Assembly: GCA_046292385.1 (NCBI GenBank)
Contig: JBKBRF010000032.1
Coordinates: 1-64,000 of the forward strand
Direction of reading: 5' to 3'
DNA: 64,000 bases
Source of the DNA: Armatimonadota bacterium
GTDB taxonomy: Bacteria; Armatimonadota; SYMT01
Shown here: piece after piece, positions 20,206 to 28,788 of the stretch
Numbering within the stretch: position 1 is the first letter of the stretch
Layout: the number at the start of each line of letters is the position of its first letter
Made by a program: the position numbers and the translations under genes
Notes under the pieces: model-generated
Seen by the model: only the letters and a program-made list of their open reading frames with translations
Databases searched by the model: none
What the model was told of the DNA's origin: nothing

Positions 20206-20856
20206 ATGGACAAGGTGCGGGTGCTGATTGCCGAAGATGAGGCGATGACACGCGAGCTGCTGGCGCGCCTGATCTCGATGGAGCCGGACATCGAGGTGGT
20301 AGGCCAGGCAGCGAACGGCAAAGAAGCGGTGGCGCTCTGCCGCAAGCTCCTGCCGGACGTGGTGCTGACCGACATCAAGATGCCGGAGATGAACGGCCTG
20401 GACGCCACCAAGCTGATCAAGACGGAGATGCCGAGCGTGCAGGTGGTGATCCTGACGATCCACCACGAGGATACGAACGTCTTCGAAGCGATCAAGGCGG
20501 GCGCCCGCGGCTACGTGCTCAAGGAGAGCCCGCCGGAGCAGACGGTCGCCGCCATCCGCGCCGTGGCGCGCGGCGAGGCGCTGCTCCACCCCTCCATCGC
20601 CAGCCGGGTGATCGCGGAGTTCAGCCGCTTGAGCGACCAGCACGAGGAGGACCTGCGGCTCTATACTCAGCTCACCGACCGCGAACGGGAGGTGCTGAAG
20701 CTGCTCGCCCAGGGCAAGCGCAACCGGGAGATCGCCGACGAGCTGTTCATCGCCGAGAAGACGGTGAAGAACCACGTGAGCAACATCCTCTGGAAGCTGG
20801 AGTGCAACGACCGCACCCAGGCCGCCCTGTTCGCCGCGCGGGTGAAGCTGAGTTGA
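20206..20856 (+). CDS. NarL/LuxR family response regulator
   Basis: Receiver domain (DIKMP) plus LuxR HTH 'LTDREREVL...NREIA..LFI..KTVKNH'. Confidence 0.95.
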   Translation: MDKVRVLIAEDEAMTRELLARLISMEPDIEVVGQAANGKEAVALCRKLLPDVVLTDIKMPEMNGLDATKLIKTEMPSVQVVILTIHHEDTNVFEAIKAGARGYVLKESPPEQTVAAIRAVARGEALLHPSIASRVIAEFSRLSDQHEEDLRLYTQLTDREREVLKLLAQGKRNREIADELFIAEKTVKNHVSNILWKLECNDRTQAALFAARVKLS

Positions 20857-20898
20857 CCCCCGGCACTTTTCATCGCCATCGGTCCGAGATGCCCATCG

Positions 20899-21474
20899 GT
20901 GACTGAGCACGACTCCGTTTCCAGACCCGCGGCCGCCGTAAAGACCGCGTATGCGATCCCGGCGGATGCCGAGGAGCTGTGCGAGCTGTACCTGGACGCG
21001 GTCTACCGCTATATCCGGCGGCGGGTCGAGAGCGAGGCGGACGCGGAGGACCTGACGAGCGACACGATGGCGGCGGCCTGCGCGCAGCTCTCCCGCTTCC
21101 GGGGCGACTGCCCGGTGGAGTACTGGCTCTACGGCATCGCGCGCCGGCAGATCTCCTCGCTTCGGCGCCGCTTCCGCCGCCGGCGCGAGGTTCCGATCGA
21201 CGCGCATTCGGTGGAAAGCACTCCCGCGCCTCCCTCCGCGGACCCGGCACACCGGGTGATCCAGGAGGAGCGGTATCACCGGATGCGGCAGCTCGTCGCC
21301 TCGCTCAAGTCGGACCACCGCGAGGTCCTGCTGCTGAAGTACCGAGAGGGCCTGAGCCTGGATCAGATCGCCGCGCTACTCGGGCGGTCCCACGCCGCCG
21401 TGAACAGCCTTCTCCAGCGCGCACGGAGCGCCGTCCGGGAAAAGGGCCGCGCCTACTTCCTCGATCTCGACTGA
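20899..21474 (+). CDS. ECF RNA polymerase sigma factor
   Basis: Region 2 'DAEDLT...WLYGIAR' and region 4 'HREVLLL...GLS..QIA..LG.S...V.S.L.RAR'. Confidence 0.9.
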   Translation: MTEHDSVSRPAAAVKTAYAIPADAEELCELYLDAVYRYIRRRVESEADAEDLTSDTMAAACAQLSRFRGDCPVEYWLYGIARRQISSLRRRFRRRREVPIDAHSVESTPAPPSADPAHRVIQEERYHRMRQLVASLKSDHREVLLLKYREGLSLDQIAALLGRSHAAVNSLLQRARSAVREKGRAYFLDLD

Positions 21475-21555
21475 TCCCGATGTTGCTTTCAAGATCACAA
21501 CCGCAGAACCGGCTCCAGCATCCCTACTTGTCGGCGGAGCCACCGAGGAACGCCG

Positions 21556-22389
21556 ATGCCGGATAACCCGCGCACGGGTGCTGCCGATGAGACGCGCTTC
21601 GAGCGGGAGCTACCGGAGCTGCTGGGCGGCGCCTTCCCGGACGAGGCCGCGCCGCCCGAGCTGCGGGCGCGGGTCCTGGCCCGCGTCCGAGCCCAGCAGC
21701 AGCCTGGTGTCCGGACTCCGGAGCGCCGGCGCCTGGTGGCGCGGATGGCACTCGCCCTGGTGGTGCTGGTGCTGGCAGCCATCGGCCTCGCCACCCTCGC
21801 CCCGCGCCACGTGGAGGCAGAGCTGTTCGAGGACATGGAGGCGTCACTCTCATCGGTGAAGAGCGCACACTTTACCACGTGGGAGCTGGAGGCCGGAAAA
21901 CGCCGCAACCGGACGCACGAGATCTGGTTTCAAGCCGGTCTGTGGCGCCTGGAAAGGGGCGAGGATACGCAGATTTTCCGCGACGGCACCCTGTGGATCT
22001 ACCACCATCAGCGGCGGAGCTGGACCCGAGAGAATCGCAAGAGCCCGTTTCACGTGGCGCCCACCGGCTTCTCTCCCGCCGCCATGGTCCACAGCTCTCT
22101 ACGGGCGGGGTACCAGCAGAGCGTTCACTTTCTGGAGCGCGGGCGCTGGGGTGGACGTGAAGTACACCTCTTCGCCCTCCAGGGAGGCTATGAGCGGGAA
22201 CGACTGGTGCTCGCCGTCAACCCCAAGACGCAACTCCCGGTCGGGTGGACCATACAGGCGCGGGATGGCGAGCAGTGGATCGATCGGTCGATCACCGAGG
22301 CCGAATTCGGCAGCGTGCTTCCGGACGAGCTGTTCCGCCTGCCTCCCTCCGCGAAGGACGCGAAGCTCCGCAAGCCCCAGCGGCCGTAG
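21556..22389 (+). CDS. Putative anti-sigma factor (TM plus LolA-like extracytoplasmic domain)
   Basis: Directly follows the ECF sigma gene. 'PPELRARVLARV', one TM segment, and a beta-rich C-terminus ending PDELFRLP. Confidence 0.65.
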   Translation: MPDNPRTGAADETRFERELPELLGGAFPDEAAPPELRARVLARVRAQQQPGVRTPERRRLVARMALALVVLVLAAIGLATLAPRHVEAELFEDMEASLSSVKSAHFTTWELEAGKRRNRTHEIWFQAGLWRLERGEDTQIFRDGTLWIYHHQRRSWTRENRKSPFHVAPTGFSPAAMVHSSLRAGYQQSVHFLERGRWGGREVHLFALQGGYERERLVLAVNPKTQLPVGWTIQARDGEQWIDRSITEAEFGSVLPDELFRLPPSAKDAKLRKPQRP

Positions 22390-22426
22390 CTCCGCGCTGC
22401 GACCGGAACACCCCCCGAGGCCGCAG

Positions 22427-23932
22427 CTACAGCCCGTAGATCTCGCCGAACTTCGTCTTGAGGTAGCCCAGGTAGGGAGCCGTCTGCAGTTCGCTGCCGG
22501 TGACCTGCCGCACCAGCTCCGCGGGGAGCAGCTTGCGGCCGTACTGGTGGACATTCTCCCGCAGCCAGCCGAGCAGCGGGCCGAACTCACCGCGATAGAT
22601 GTCGTCCGGGATCGAAGGCACGTCGGAAACCGCCTTCTCGAAGAGCTGGACCGAGAGGACGTTCCCCAGGGAGTAGGTTGGGAAGTAGCCGAGAATGCCG
22701 ATCGACCAGTGGACGTCCTGCAGGATGCCCTCCCGGTTGCTGGGCGGCGTGACGCCCAGGTACTCGCGGTACTTGGCGTTCCACGCGTCCGGGGCGTCCG
22801 CAACGGAGAGCCGCCCGTCCAGCAGCGCGTTCTCCATCTCGTAGCGGATGATGATGTGGAGGTTGTAGGTCACCTCGTCGGCCTCCACGCGGATCAGGGA
22901 CGGCTGCACCCGGTTGATCGCCCGGTAGAAGCTCTCCAGGTCGGCGCCGCCCAGCGCGTCCGGGAACGCCTCCTGCACCCGGGGGAAGTAGTGGCTCCAG
23001 AAGCCGCGGCTGCGGCCCACCAGGTTCTCCCAGAGGCGCGACTGGCTCTCATGCACCCCCAGCGACGCGCCGTTCGCCAGGAGCGTGCCCTCCAGCGACT
23101 GCGAGACGCCCTGCTCGTACATCGCGTGGCCCATCTCGTGCAGGCAGCCGAAGAACGCCTGCGGGAAGAACTTCTCGTCGTAGCGGGTCGTGATCCGCAC
23201 GTCGTTGATCGAAAAGCTGGTGCAGAACGGGTGCACCGAAGGGTCCATCCGGCCGCGCTCGAAGTCGTACCCGCACGCCTTCAGCACCTGCTCGGCGAGC
23301 TTCCGCTGCGTCTCCACCGGGTAATCGCGGTGAAGGATGCCGGCATCGACGCGCTCGACCCGCTCGAAGATCGCTCGGGAGAGCGGGATGATCTCCTGCT
23401 TCAGCTCTCCGAAGACCCGGTCGAGCTCCGCGGAGGTCATCCCCGCCTCGTACTGGTCCAGCAGCGCGTCGTAGAGCCGGTCGGTGTAGCCCAGCGCCTC
23501 CGCCAGCCGCCGCTCCAGCTCCAGGATCCGCTCCAGCCACGGCGCGAAGGCGGGGAAGTCATCCGCCGCGCGCGCCTTCGCCCACTCCTCCTGCGCCAGC
23601 GAGGTCACGCGCGAGATCTCGGTCACCAACTCGGTCGGGACCTTCGTCGCGTGGTCGAAGTCGCGCCGCGCCATCCGGACGTACGCCGCGTCGTCGCTCA
23701 CCAGCGGGGCACCCTGCACCTCCGCCTCCGCGTGCGAGAGGAGATCGCCGGTCTCGTCCGCCGTGAAGATCTGGTGCGACAGCTTCGCCAGCGCCGCCGT
23801 CTGCTCCGCCCGCGCCGCCACGCCGCCCGGCGGCATGTAGGTCTGCTGGTCCCAGCCGAGCACGGAGCCGGCCATGTTCAGGTGGTGGACGTCGGCAAGG
23901 CGGGACTTCAGCTGGGCGAGGGCGTCACTCAT
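22427..23932 (-). CDS. Carboxypeptidase, M32 family
   Basis: HPF, HEMGH, HESQSRLWEN, IRVEADE, QDVHW and GYFPTYSLG. Confidence 0.96.
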   Translation of the reverse strand: MSDALAQLKSRLADVHHLNMAGSVLGWDQQTYMPPGGVAARAEQTAALAKLSHQIFTADETGDLLSHAEAEVQGAPLVSDDAAYVRMARRDFDHATKVPTELVTEISRVTSLAQEEWAKARAADDFPAFAPWLERILELERRLAEALGYTDRLYDALLDQYEAGMTSAELDRVFGELKQEIIPLSRAIFERVERVDAGILHRDYPVETQRKLAEQVLKACGYDFERGRMDPSVHPFCTSFSINDVRITTRYDEKFFPQAFFGCLHEMGHAMYEQGVSQSLEGTLLANGASLGVHESQSRLWENLVGRSRGFWSHYFPRVQEAFPDALGGADLESFYRAINRVQPSLIRVEADEVTYNLHIIIRYEMENALLDGRLSVADAPDAWNAKYREYLGVTPPSNREGILQDVHWSIGILGYFPTYSLGNVLSVQLFEKAVSDVPSIPDDIYRGEFGPLLGWLRENVHQYGRKLLPAELVRQVTGSELQTAPYLGYLKTKFGEIYGL

Positions 23933-24018
23933 CGTTGGCTGCTCCAGAAGCGGGTGGTTGAGGGTGGCTTCCCTATTATACCGGGCCGCTCACGGGGCCT
24001 CGGCAGAGTGTAAGAAAA

Positions 24019-24326
24019 GGAGATAAGGGGATGGGGGACGGGGATGAGGGGGATGGGGAACCAACCGGACTTGGCCTCCTACTCCTTCTCGTTCTCCTTC
24101 TCTTTCTCAAGAGGCTGCCCGAAACCGAAAGCAGCCCAGCGTAAAGCGGGCGACTCGCGCCTGCCGGAGGTCCGGATTCATCCGTCATTCTTCCGCCTTC
24201 ATCCTTCTCAAGCACGCCGGAAACACGATGGTCGCCAGCGAGCAGGAGCAAGAGCAAGAGTAGGAGCAGGACCTGCTGTTCACGGAGGGTTCGGATTCAT
24301 CCCTCATCCCTCATCCTTCATCCCTC
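24019..24326. repeat. Composite heptamer/hexamer tandem-repeat element
   Basis: A (GGGGATG)n-like run, a (CTCCTW)n-like run, a (GAGCAR)n run and two (YTCATCC)n runs. Confidence 0.8.
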
Positions 24327-24414
24327 AGGTCTGGCCCTCTCCCGAGGCGTGCTATACTTCCTCGTCTTCGGCCGGCCTCCCGCGCCACGGCCGGCTCTCT
24401 TTCCTGCTCCTGCC

Positions 24415-25113
24415 ATGCGCGTGAAGATCGAGCTGTTCGGAAGAGCTTCCACCCAGACCGGCTGCCGCGAGGTCGAGCTCGATCTCCCCGCCGGGGCCAC
24501 CCTGCGCGACGCGGCCGGGGCGCTGGTGGAGCGGTTCCCGGTGCTGGACTGGATCCCTGGCCTCTGTCGGCCCGCGCGCAACCTGGAGTACGCGGCCTGG
24601 ACCGACCCGGTCGAGGAGGGCGACGAGTTGAGCTTCATTCCCCCGGTAAGCGGCGGCGCGCCCGGCGAGGAAAAGCCCCGGGTGCTGGTCGAGATCCTCG
24701 ATACCCCGCTCGACCCCGCGCCGCTGGTCCGGTTCGTCGACGCGCCGGAGATGGGGGCGGTGGTCACCTTCAGCGGCAACGTGCGGAACCACAACCGCGG
24801 CCGCGAGGTGGAGTACCTGGAGTACGACGCCTACCGCCCGATGGCGGAGCGGGAGCTGCGCAAGATCGCCGAAGAGGCCGCCGAGCGCTGGCAGGCGCGG
24901 ATCGCCATCCAGCACCGCCTGGGCCGCCTGGAGATCGGTGAGCCGAGCGTGCTGGTCGTCGCCGCCTGCGCCCACCGCGGCGATGCTTTCGAAGCCTGCC
25001 GCTATGTCATCGACACCCTGAAGGAGCGCGTCCCGATCTGGAAGCGCGAGGTGTGGGTCGGCGGCGAAGCCTGGATCGAAGGCGAGCGCGACGCGCCCGT
25101 CCACGGGGAGTGA
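24415..25113 (+). CDS. moaE: Molybdopterin synthase MoaD-MoaE fusion
   Basis: Ubiquitin-like N-domain ending 'GDELSFIPPVSGG', continuing in frame into MoaE (GAVVTFSGNVR, HRLGRL, LKERVPIWKRE). Confidence 0.92.
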   Translation: MRVKIELFGRASTQTGCREVELDLPAGATLRDAAGALVERFPVLDWIPGLCRPARNLEYAAWTDPVEEGDELSFIPPVSGGAPGEEKPRVLVEILDTPLDPAPLVRFVDAPEMGAVVTFSGNVRNHNRGREVEYLEYDAYRPMAERELRKIAEEAAERWQARIAIQHRLGRLEIGEPSVLVVAACAHRGDAFEACRYVIDTLKERVPIWKREVWVGGEAWIEGERDAPVHGE

Positions 25114-25119
25114 TGATCT

Positions 25120-25416
25120 AACCGCCAGGCACGCCAGGATTCCGAACCTGACTCACCACAGAGCGCACAGAGGGCACAGAGAGGAACCGAAACCAGGGGA
25201 GGAGCCTGACCCGCCTGTCGAGTCCGTACAGCGGCCGCGGCCCGAACCTGACTCACCGCAGAGAACGCGAAGAGCGCAGAGGGAACGCAGAGGGGAACCA
25301 GAGGCTGCGCGGATGGGCCTGATCCGCCTCACGAGTCCCGTACAGCGGCCCCGGCGTTTGTCCCTTCTGGTTCCTCTTTGCGTTCTTGGCGTCTTGGCGG
25401 TTCAATTCAGGTTCGG
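25120..25416. repeat. Nonamer-based inverted repeat element with duplicated left arm
   Basis: CCGAACCTGA at 25142 and 25242, with reverse complement TCAGGTTCGG at 25407-25416. Internal (GCACAGAGG)/(CTTGGCGT)-type periodic runs. Confidence 0.8.
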
Positions 25417-25424
25417 TAACCACG

Positions 25425-26090
25425 ATGTACTTCGCCCACGATACCCCTCCGCCCGGTCCTTTCCGGGCCGTCCTGTTCGACGTGGACGGGACGTTGATCG
25501 ACACGGCGGAACTGATTGCGGACGGGCTGGAGTACACCTGCCGGCTGCACCTGGGCCGCACCCACCCGCGCGAGGAGTACTACGCGCTGATCGGCAAGCC
25601 GGCGATCGTGCAGATGGAGATCCTGGGCGGGGACAAGGCGCCGGAGATGGTCGACACCGCCCTCGCCTACTACGAGGAGCACTCCGATCAGGAGAAGCCG
25701 TTCCCCGGGGCGCTGGACACGGTGGCGCGCCTCCACGAGCGCGGGATCCGCATCGGCCTGGTCACGAGTAAGCTGCGGATCGAACTCGATCCGACTCTCT
25801 CCCGGTTCCCGATCCACCCGTTCGTGCGGGTGGTCGTCACGGCGGAGCAGACAACCCGCCCCAAGCCCTACCCGGACCCGGTCTACCTGGCGCTCCAGAC
25901 GCTGCAGATCGGCGCGGAGGAAGTGCTCTTCATCGGGGACAGCCCGTACGACCTGCAGTCCGGCCGGGCCGCGGGGGTGAAGACCGGCGCCGCCACCTGG
26001 GGTCCGCACCCGCGCGCCACGCTGGAGGCGGAGGCGCCGGATTACACGTTCACGAGCTTCGGAGAGATCCTGCGGGTCTGCGGGATCTAG
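25425..26090 (+). CDS. HAD-IA hydrolase (PpaX/Gph-like)
   Basis: FDVDGTLID, VTSK, KPYPDP and IGDSPYD...GRAAG. Confidence 0.9.
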   Translation: MYFAHDTPPPGPFRAVLFDVDGTLIDTAELIADGLEYTCRLHLGRTHPREEYYALIGKPAIVQMEILGGDKAPEMVDTALAYYEEHSDQEKPFPGALDTVARLHERGIRIGLVTSKLRIELDPTLSRFPIHPFVRVVVTAEQTTRPKPYPDPVYLALQTLQIGAEEVLFIGDSPYDLQSGRAAGVKTGAATWGPHPRATLEAEAPDYTFTSFGEILRVCGI

Positions 26091-26127
26091 CTCTCAAGAG
26101 GGAAGACGGAAGAGGAAAGAAGGAAGA

Positions 26128-26225
26128 TCCGCCGCCCGTACCGGGGCGGGTGTCTCCGGCGGCAGGAGCCCGGGGGCTGCGCTGCGTTTCACCCCCGGCT
26201 AATCTCCCACGCCCCTCCCGGGCGG
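26128..26225. repeat. REP-like three-hairpin element, copy A
   Basis: Its reverse complement aligns with 28665-28762. Confidence 0.8.
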
Positions 26226-26269
26226 TTGTCGAGGAGAGGTAGAGGGCTTCGGACTCATCCCGTTCGGAA

Positions 26270-26313
26270 TTCATCCCTCATCCCTCATCCCTCACCCTTC
26301 CGCCCTCATCCCT
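26270..26313. repeat. (CTCATCC)n heptamer run
   Basis: Same unit as 24296-24326. Confidence 0.75.
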
Positions 26314-27369
26314 CTACTCGACCGGCACCTCCCGGCCCATCTCGCTGGAGCGGTAGATCGCGTCGATGATCTGCTGCGTCATCAGCGCCTGCTCGCCGGT
26401 GACCGGGACCTCGGTGTCGTCCAGGATCGCGTCGACGAACGCCTTGACCTCTTCCTCGTGCGTTTTCACTGCGGGAAGGAAGGCGGGCGTGGCGTCGATC
26501 AGCGTGCGGTGCTTCTCGAAGAACATCTTGCACGGGTTGTAGCTGCAGCCGCCTTCCGTGCCGTAGAGCTCCGTATCGAAGTGGTCCCGCGCCTCCTGGT
26601 TGGCGACGAATGCGGACTGCAGCGTGAGAGTGGCGCCGTTCTCGAAGCGGATCAGGCCGATGGCGAAGTCCTCCACGCTGAAGGTCGACGGATCCCACTG
26701 GCCGAGCAGCCCGAGAACGTCGCTGCGGTGCCCGAACTTGGCGTAGGTCTGCCCGGAGCAGTAGGTCGGCTTGGGGTGACCCATCAGCCAGAGGGTGAGG
26801 TCGAGGATGTGGACCCCGATGTCGATCAGCGGCCCGCCGCCCTGCTTGTCCTTCTGCGTGAAGACGCCCCAGCCGGGAATGCCGCGCCGGCGCATCGCCT
26901 GGGCACGCGCGAAGTAGATCTCCCCCATCTCTCCGGCGTCGATGAACCGCTTCAGCGCCTGGGCGGCCGAGTTGAAGCGGGTCATGAAGCCGACCTGCAG
27001 CTTCTTGCCGCTGCGCCGGCCCGCCTCGACCATCGCCTTGCCCTCGATGGAGTTCATCGCGAGCGGCTTCTCGACCAGCACGTGCTTCCCCGCTTCCAGG
27101 GCGTCGATGGTCGGCTGCATGTGCAGGTAGTTCGGGGTGCAGATGCTTACCGCGTCGACCTCGTCCATCGCGAGGAGCTGCGTGTAGTCGTCGAAGACGT
27201 GCGGGATCCCGAACTCGTCCGCGGTCCGCTGCGCCACTTCCCGGTTGATGTCCGCGCACGCCACGATCTCCACGCCGCGGTCCGCGCAGGCCTGATAACC
27301 CGGGAGGTGCGCCCCGCGCGCGATCCCCCCACTCCCGATGATGCCGATCCCTAGCTTCGCCAACTCCAT
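26314..27369 (-). CDS. Gfo/Idh/MocA family oxidoreductase
   Basis: GIIGSGGIA, CTPNYLH, VEKPLA and GGGPLIDIGVH. Confidence 0.93.
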   Translation of the reverse strand: MELAKLGIGIIGSGGIARGAHLPGYQACADRGVEIVACADINREVAQRTADEFGIPHVFDDYTQLLAMDEVDAVSICTPNYLHMQPTIDALEAGKHVLVEKPLAMNSIEGKAMVEAGRRSGKKLQVGFMTRFNSAAQALKRFIDAGEMGEIYFARAQAMRRRGIPGWGVFTQKDKQGGGPLIDIGVHILDLTLWLMGHPKPTYCSGQTYAKFGHRSDVLGLLGQWDPSTFSVEDFAIGLIRFENGATLTLQSAFVANQEARDHFDTELYGTEGGCSYNPCKMFFEKHRTLIDATPAFLPAVKTHEEEVKAFVDAILDDTEVPVTGEQALMTQQIIDAIYRSSEMGREVPVE

Positions 27370-27402
27370 CCCCTCCCGCGAGTACGTGGTGCATCGAAAC
27401 GG

Positions 27403-27524
27403 GCGAGGGATTGAAATCCCTCGCTAGACGGCCTGCGGCCACGCGTCCTCCGGACGCCCGAACCTGAATAGACGGGAAGTCCCCGCAGGGGACTTCGTGC
27501 GGTTGTTGCCGCGGTTTCAACCGC
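27403..27524. repeat. REP-like cluster of four short hairpins
   Basis: GCGAGGGATTGAAATCCCTCGC, GCGTCCTCCGGACGC, GAAGTCCCCGCAGGGGACTTC and GCGGTTTCAACCGC. Confidence 0.7.
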
Positions 27525-27530
27525 CGGGGC

Positions 27531-28544
27531 CTATGCCAACGAAACTTCCCGCCCCGATTGGGCGCTCTCCAGCCCCCGCTGCAGGATCTCCTGCGCGATC
27601 AGGCTCGTCTCCGCGCTGCACATGCCTTCCACCGGCGTGCCGGCTCGCAGGCAGCTCACCAGGTACTCGGCGCCGTTGCGGCGGCCGGGCTGCGGGCGGT
27701 CGAAGTCGATCCATTCCGGCTCGCGGTCCAGCCGGCCGAGGCGGACGCGGTTGCCGACCACCGAAAGCGTGCCGGTAGCGCCGTAGAGCGCCGGGTTGGC
27801 GCCGCCGTCCGGCGCCTGCTGGGTCCACGACGCCTCGGCGATGCCGAACGCGTGCGGGTACTTCATCAGGATCACGGCGTTGTCATCGACCGGGAAGTCC
27901 GGCTTCACCAGCGTGCCCATGATCCCGACCACGCTCTCCGGCCGGCCCAGCCAGTGGGCTGCCATGTTGGCGCCGTAGCAGCAGTAGTCCATCAGCGCCC
28001 CCGCGCCGTTCCGCTGCGCGTCGTAGAGCCACTCGTAGAAGTAGGGCGTGCAGCCGATCTCCTTCGGCCCCTGGTGCGCGGCGAGGTACTTCGTCTTGTG
28101 CACCGCGCCGATCGCGCCTTCCCGCACCAGGCGGTCGACCGTCTGGATCGCCGGGCTCCAGGCGGTGGGCCAGTTGATCATCAGCTCCACCCGCGCGCGG
28201 CGGCAGGCGTCGACCATCCGCTGCGCCTGCTCCAGCGTGGCCGACATCGGCTTCTCGGACATCACGTGCACGCCGGCCGCCGCGGCAGCCTCCACGATCT
28301 CGACGGTCCCGGCGTTGTCGGTGGCGACGGTGACGATGTCGAGCCGCTCCCGCTCGAACATCTCCCGGTAGGAGGCGTAGACGTTCTGCGCCCCGTACTC
28401 AGACCGCACTTTCTCCAGCAGCGGCGCGTTCTCGTCGGACGCGGCCACCAGTTCCGCGCCCTCGAGCTCCTTCCACCACCGGAGCATGCCCCAGACGTGG
28501 TCGTGGATCAACCCGGCCACGCCAACGCGGTAAGTCTCAGCCAT
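27531..28544 (-). CDS. Gfo/Idh/MocA family oxidoreductase
   Basis: SEKPM and GAGALMDYCCYG. ATG at 28544 with AGGAG upstream. Confidence 0.9.
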   Translation of the reverse strand: MAETYRVGVAGLIHDHVWGMLRWWKELEGAELVAASDENAPLLEKVRSEYGAQNVYASYREMFERERLDIVTVATDNAGTVEIVEAAAAAGVHVMSEKPMSATLEQAQRMVDACRRARVELMINWPTAWSPAIQTVDRLVREGAIGAVHKTKYLAAHQGPKEIGCTPYFYEWLYDAQRNGAGALMDYCCYGANMAAHWLGRPESVVGIMGTLVKPDFPVDDNAVILMKYPHAFGIAEASWTQQAPDGGANPALYGATGTLSVVGNRVRLGRLDREPEWIDFDRPQPGRRNGAEYLVSCLRAGTPVEGMCSAETSLIAQEILQRGLESAQSGREVSLA

Positions 28545-28664
28545 GTAAATCGGTCTCCTCGCAGCACGATCGACGGTCCGGTCAGGTCGCCCAGACAGTT
28601 GGGCACGCAGGCAGGCGGGACCTTCCTTTCGGAGACGGAGAGACCTTCGGGGACAGAGGGGACG

Positions 28665-28762
28665 GCGCCCCGGAGGGGCGCGAGACGATAGCCGGGGTGC
28701 AAGCGCAGCGCAGCCCCCGGACTCACGCCGGCCCAACAGATCCGCCCCGGAGGGGCGGCGGA
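28665..28762. repeat. REP-like three-hairpin element, copy B
   Basis: CGCCCCGGAGGGGCG occurs twice (28666, 28743), flanking CCGGGG..GCGCAGCGC..CCCCGG. Confidence 0.8.
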
Positions 28763-28788
28763 ACCGCCTCGCGGCTGAGGCAGCGCGG

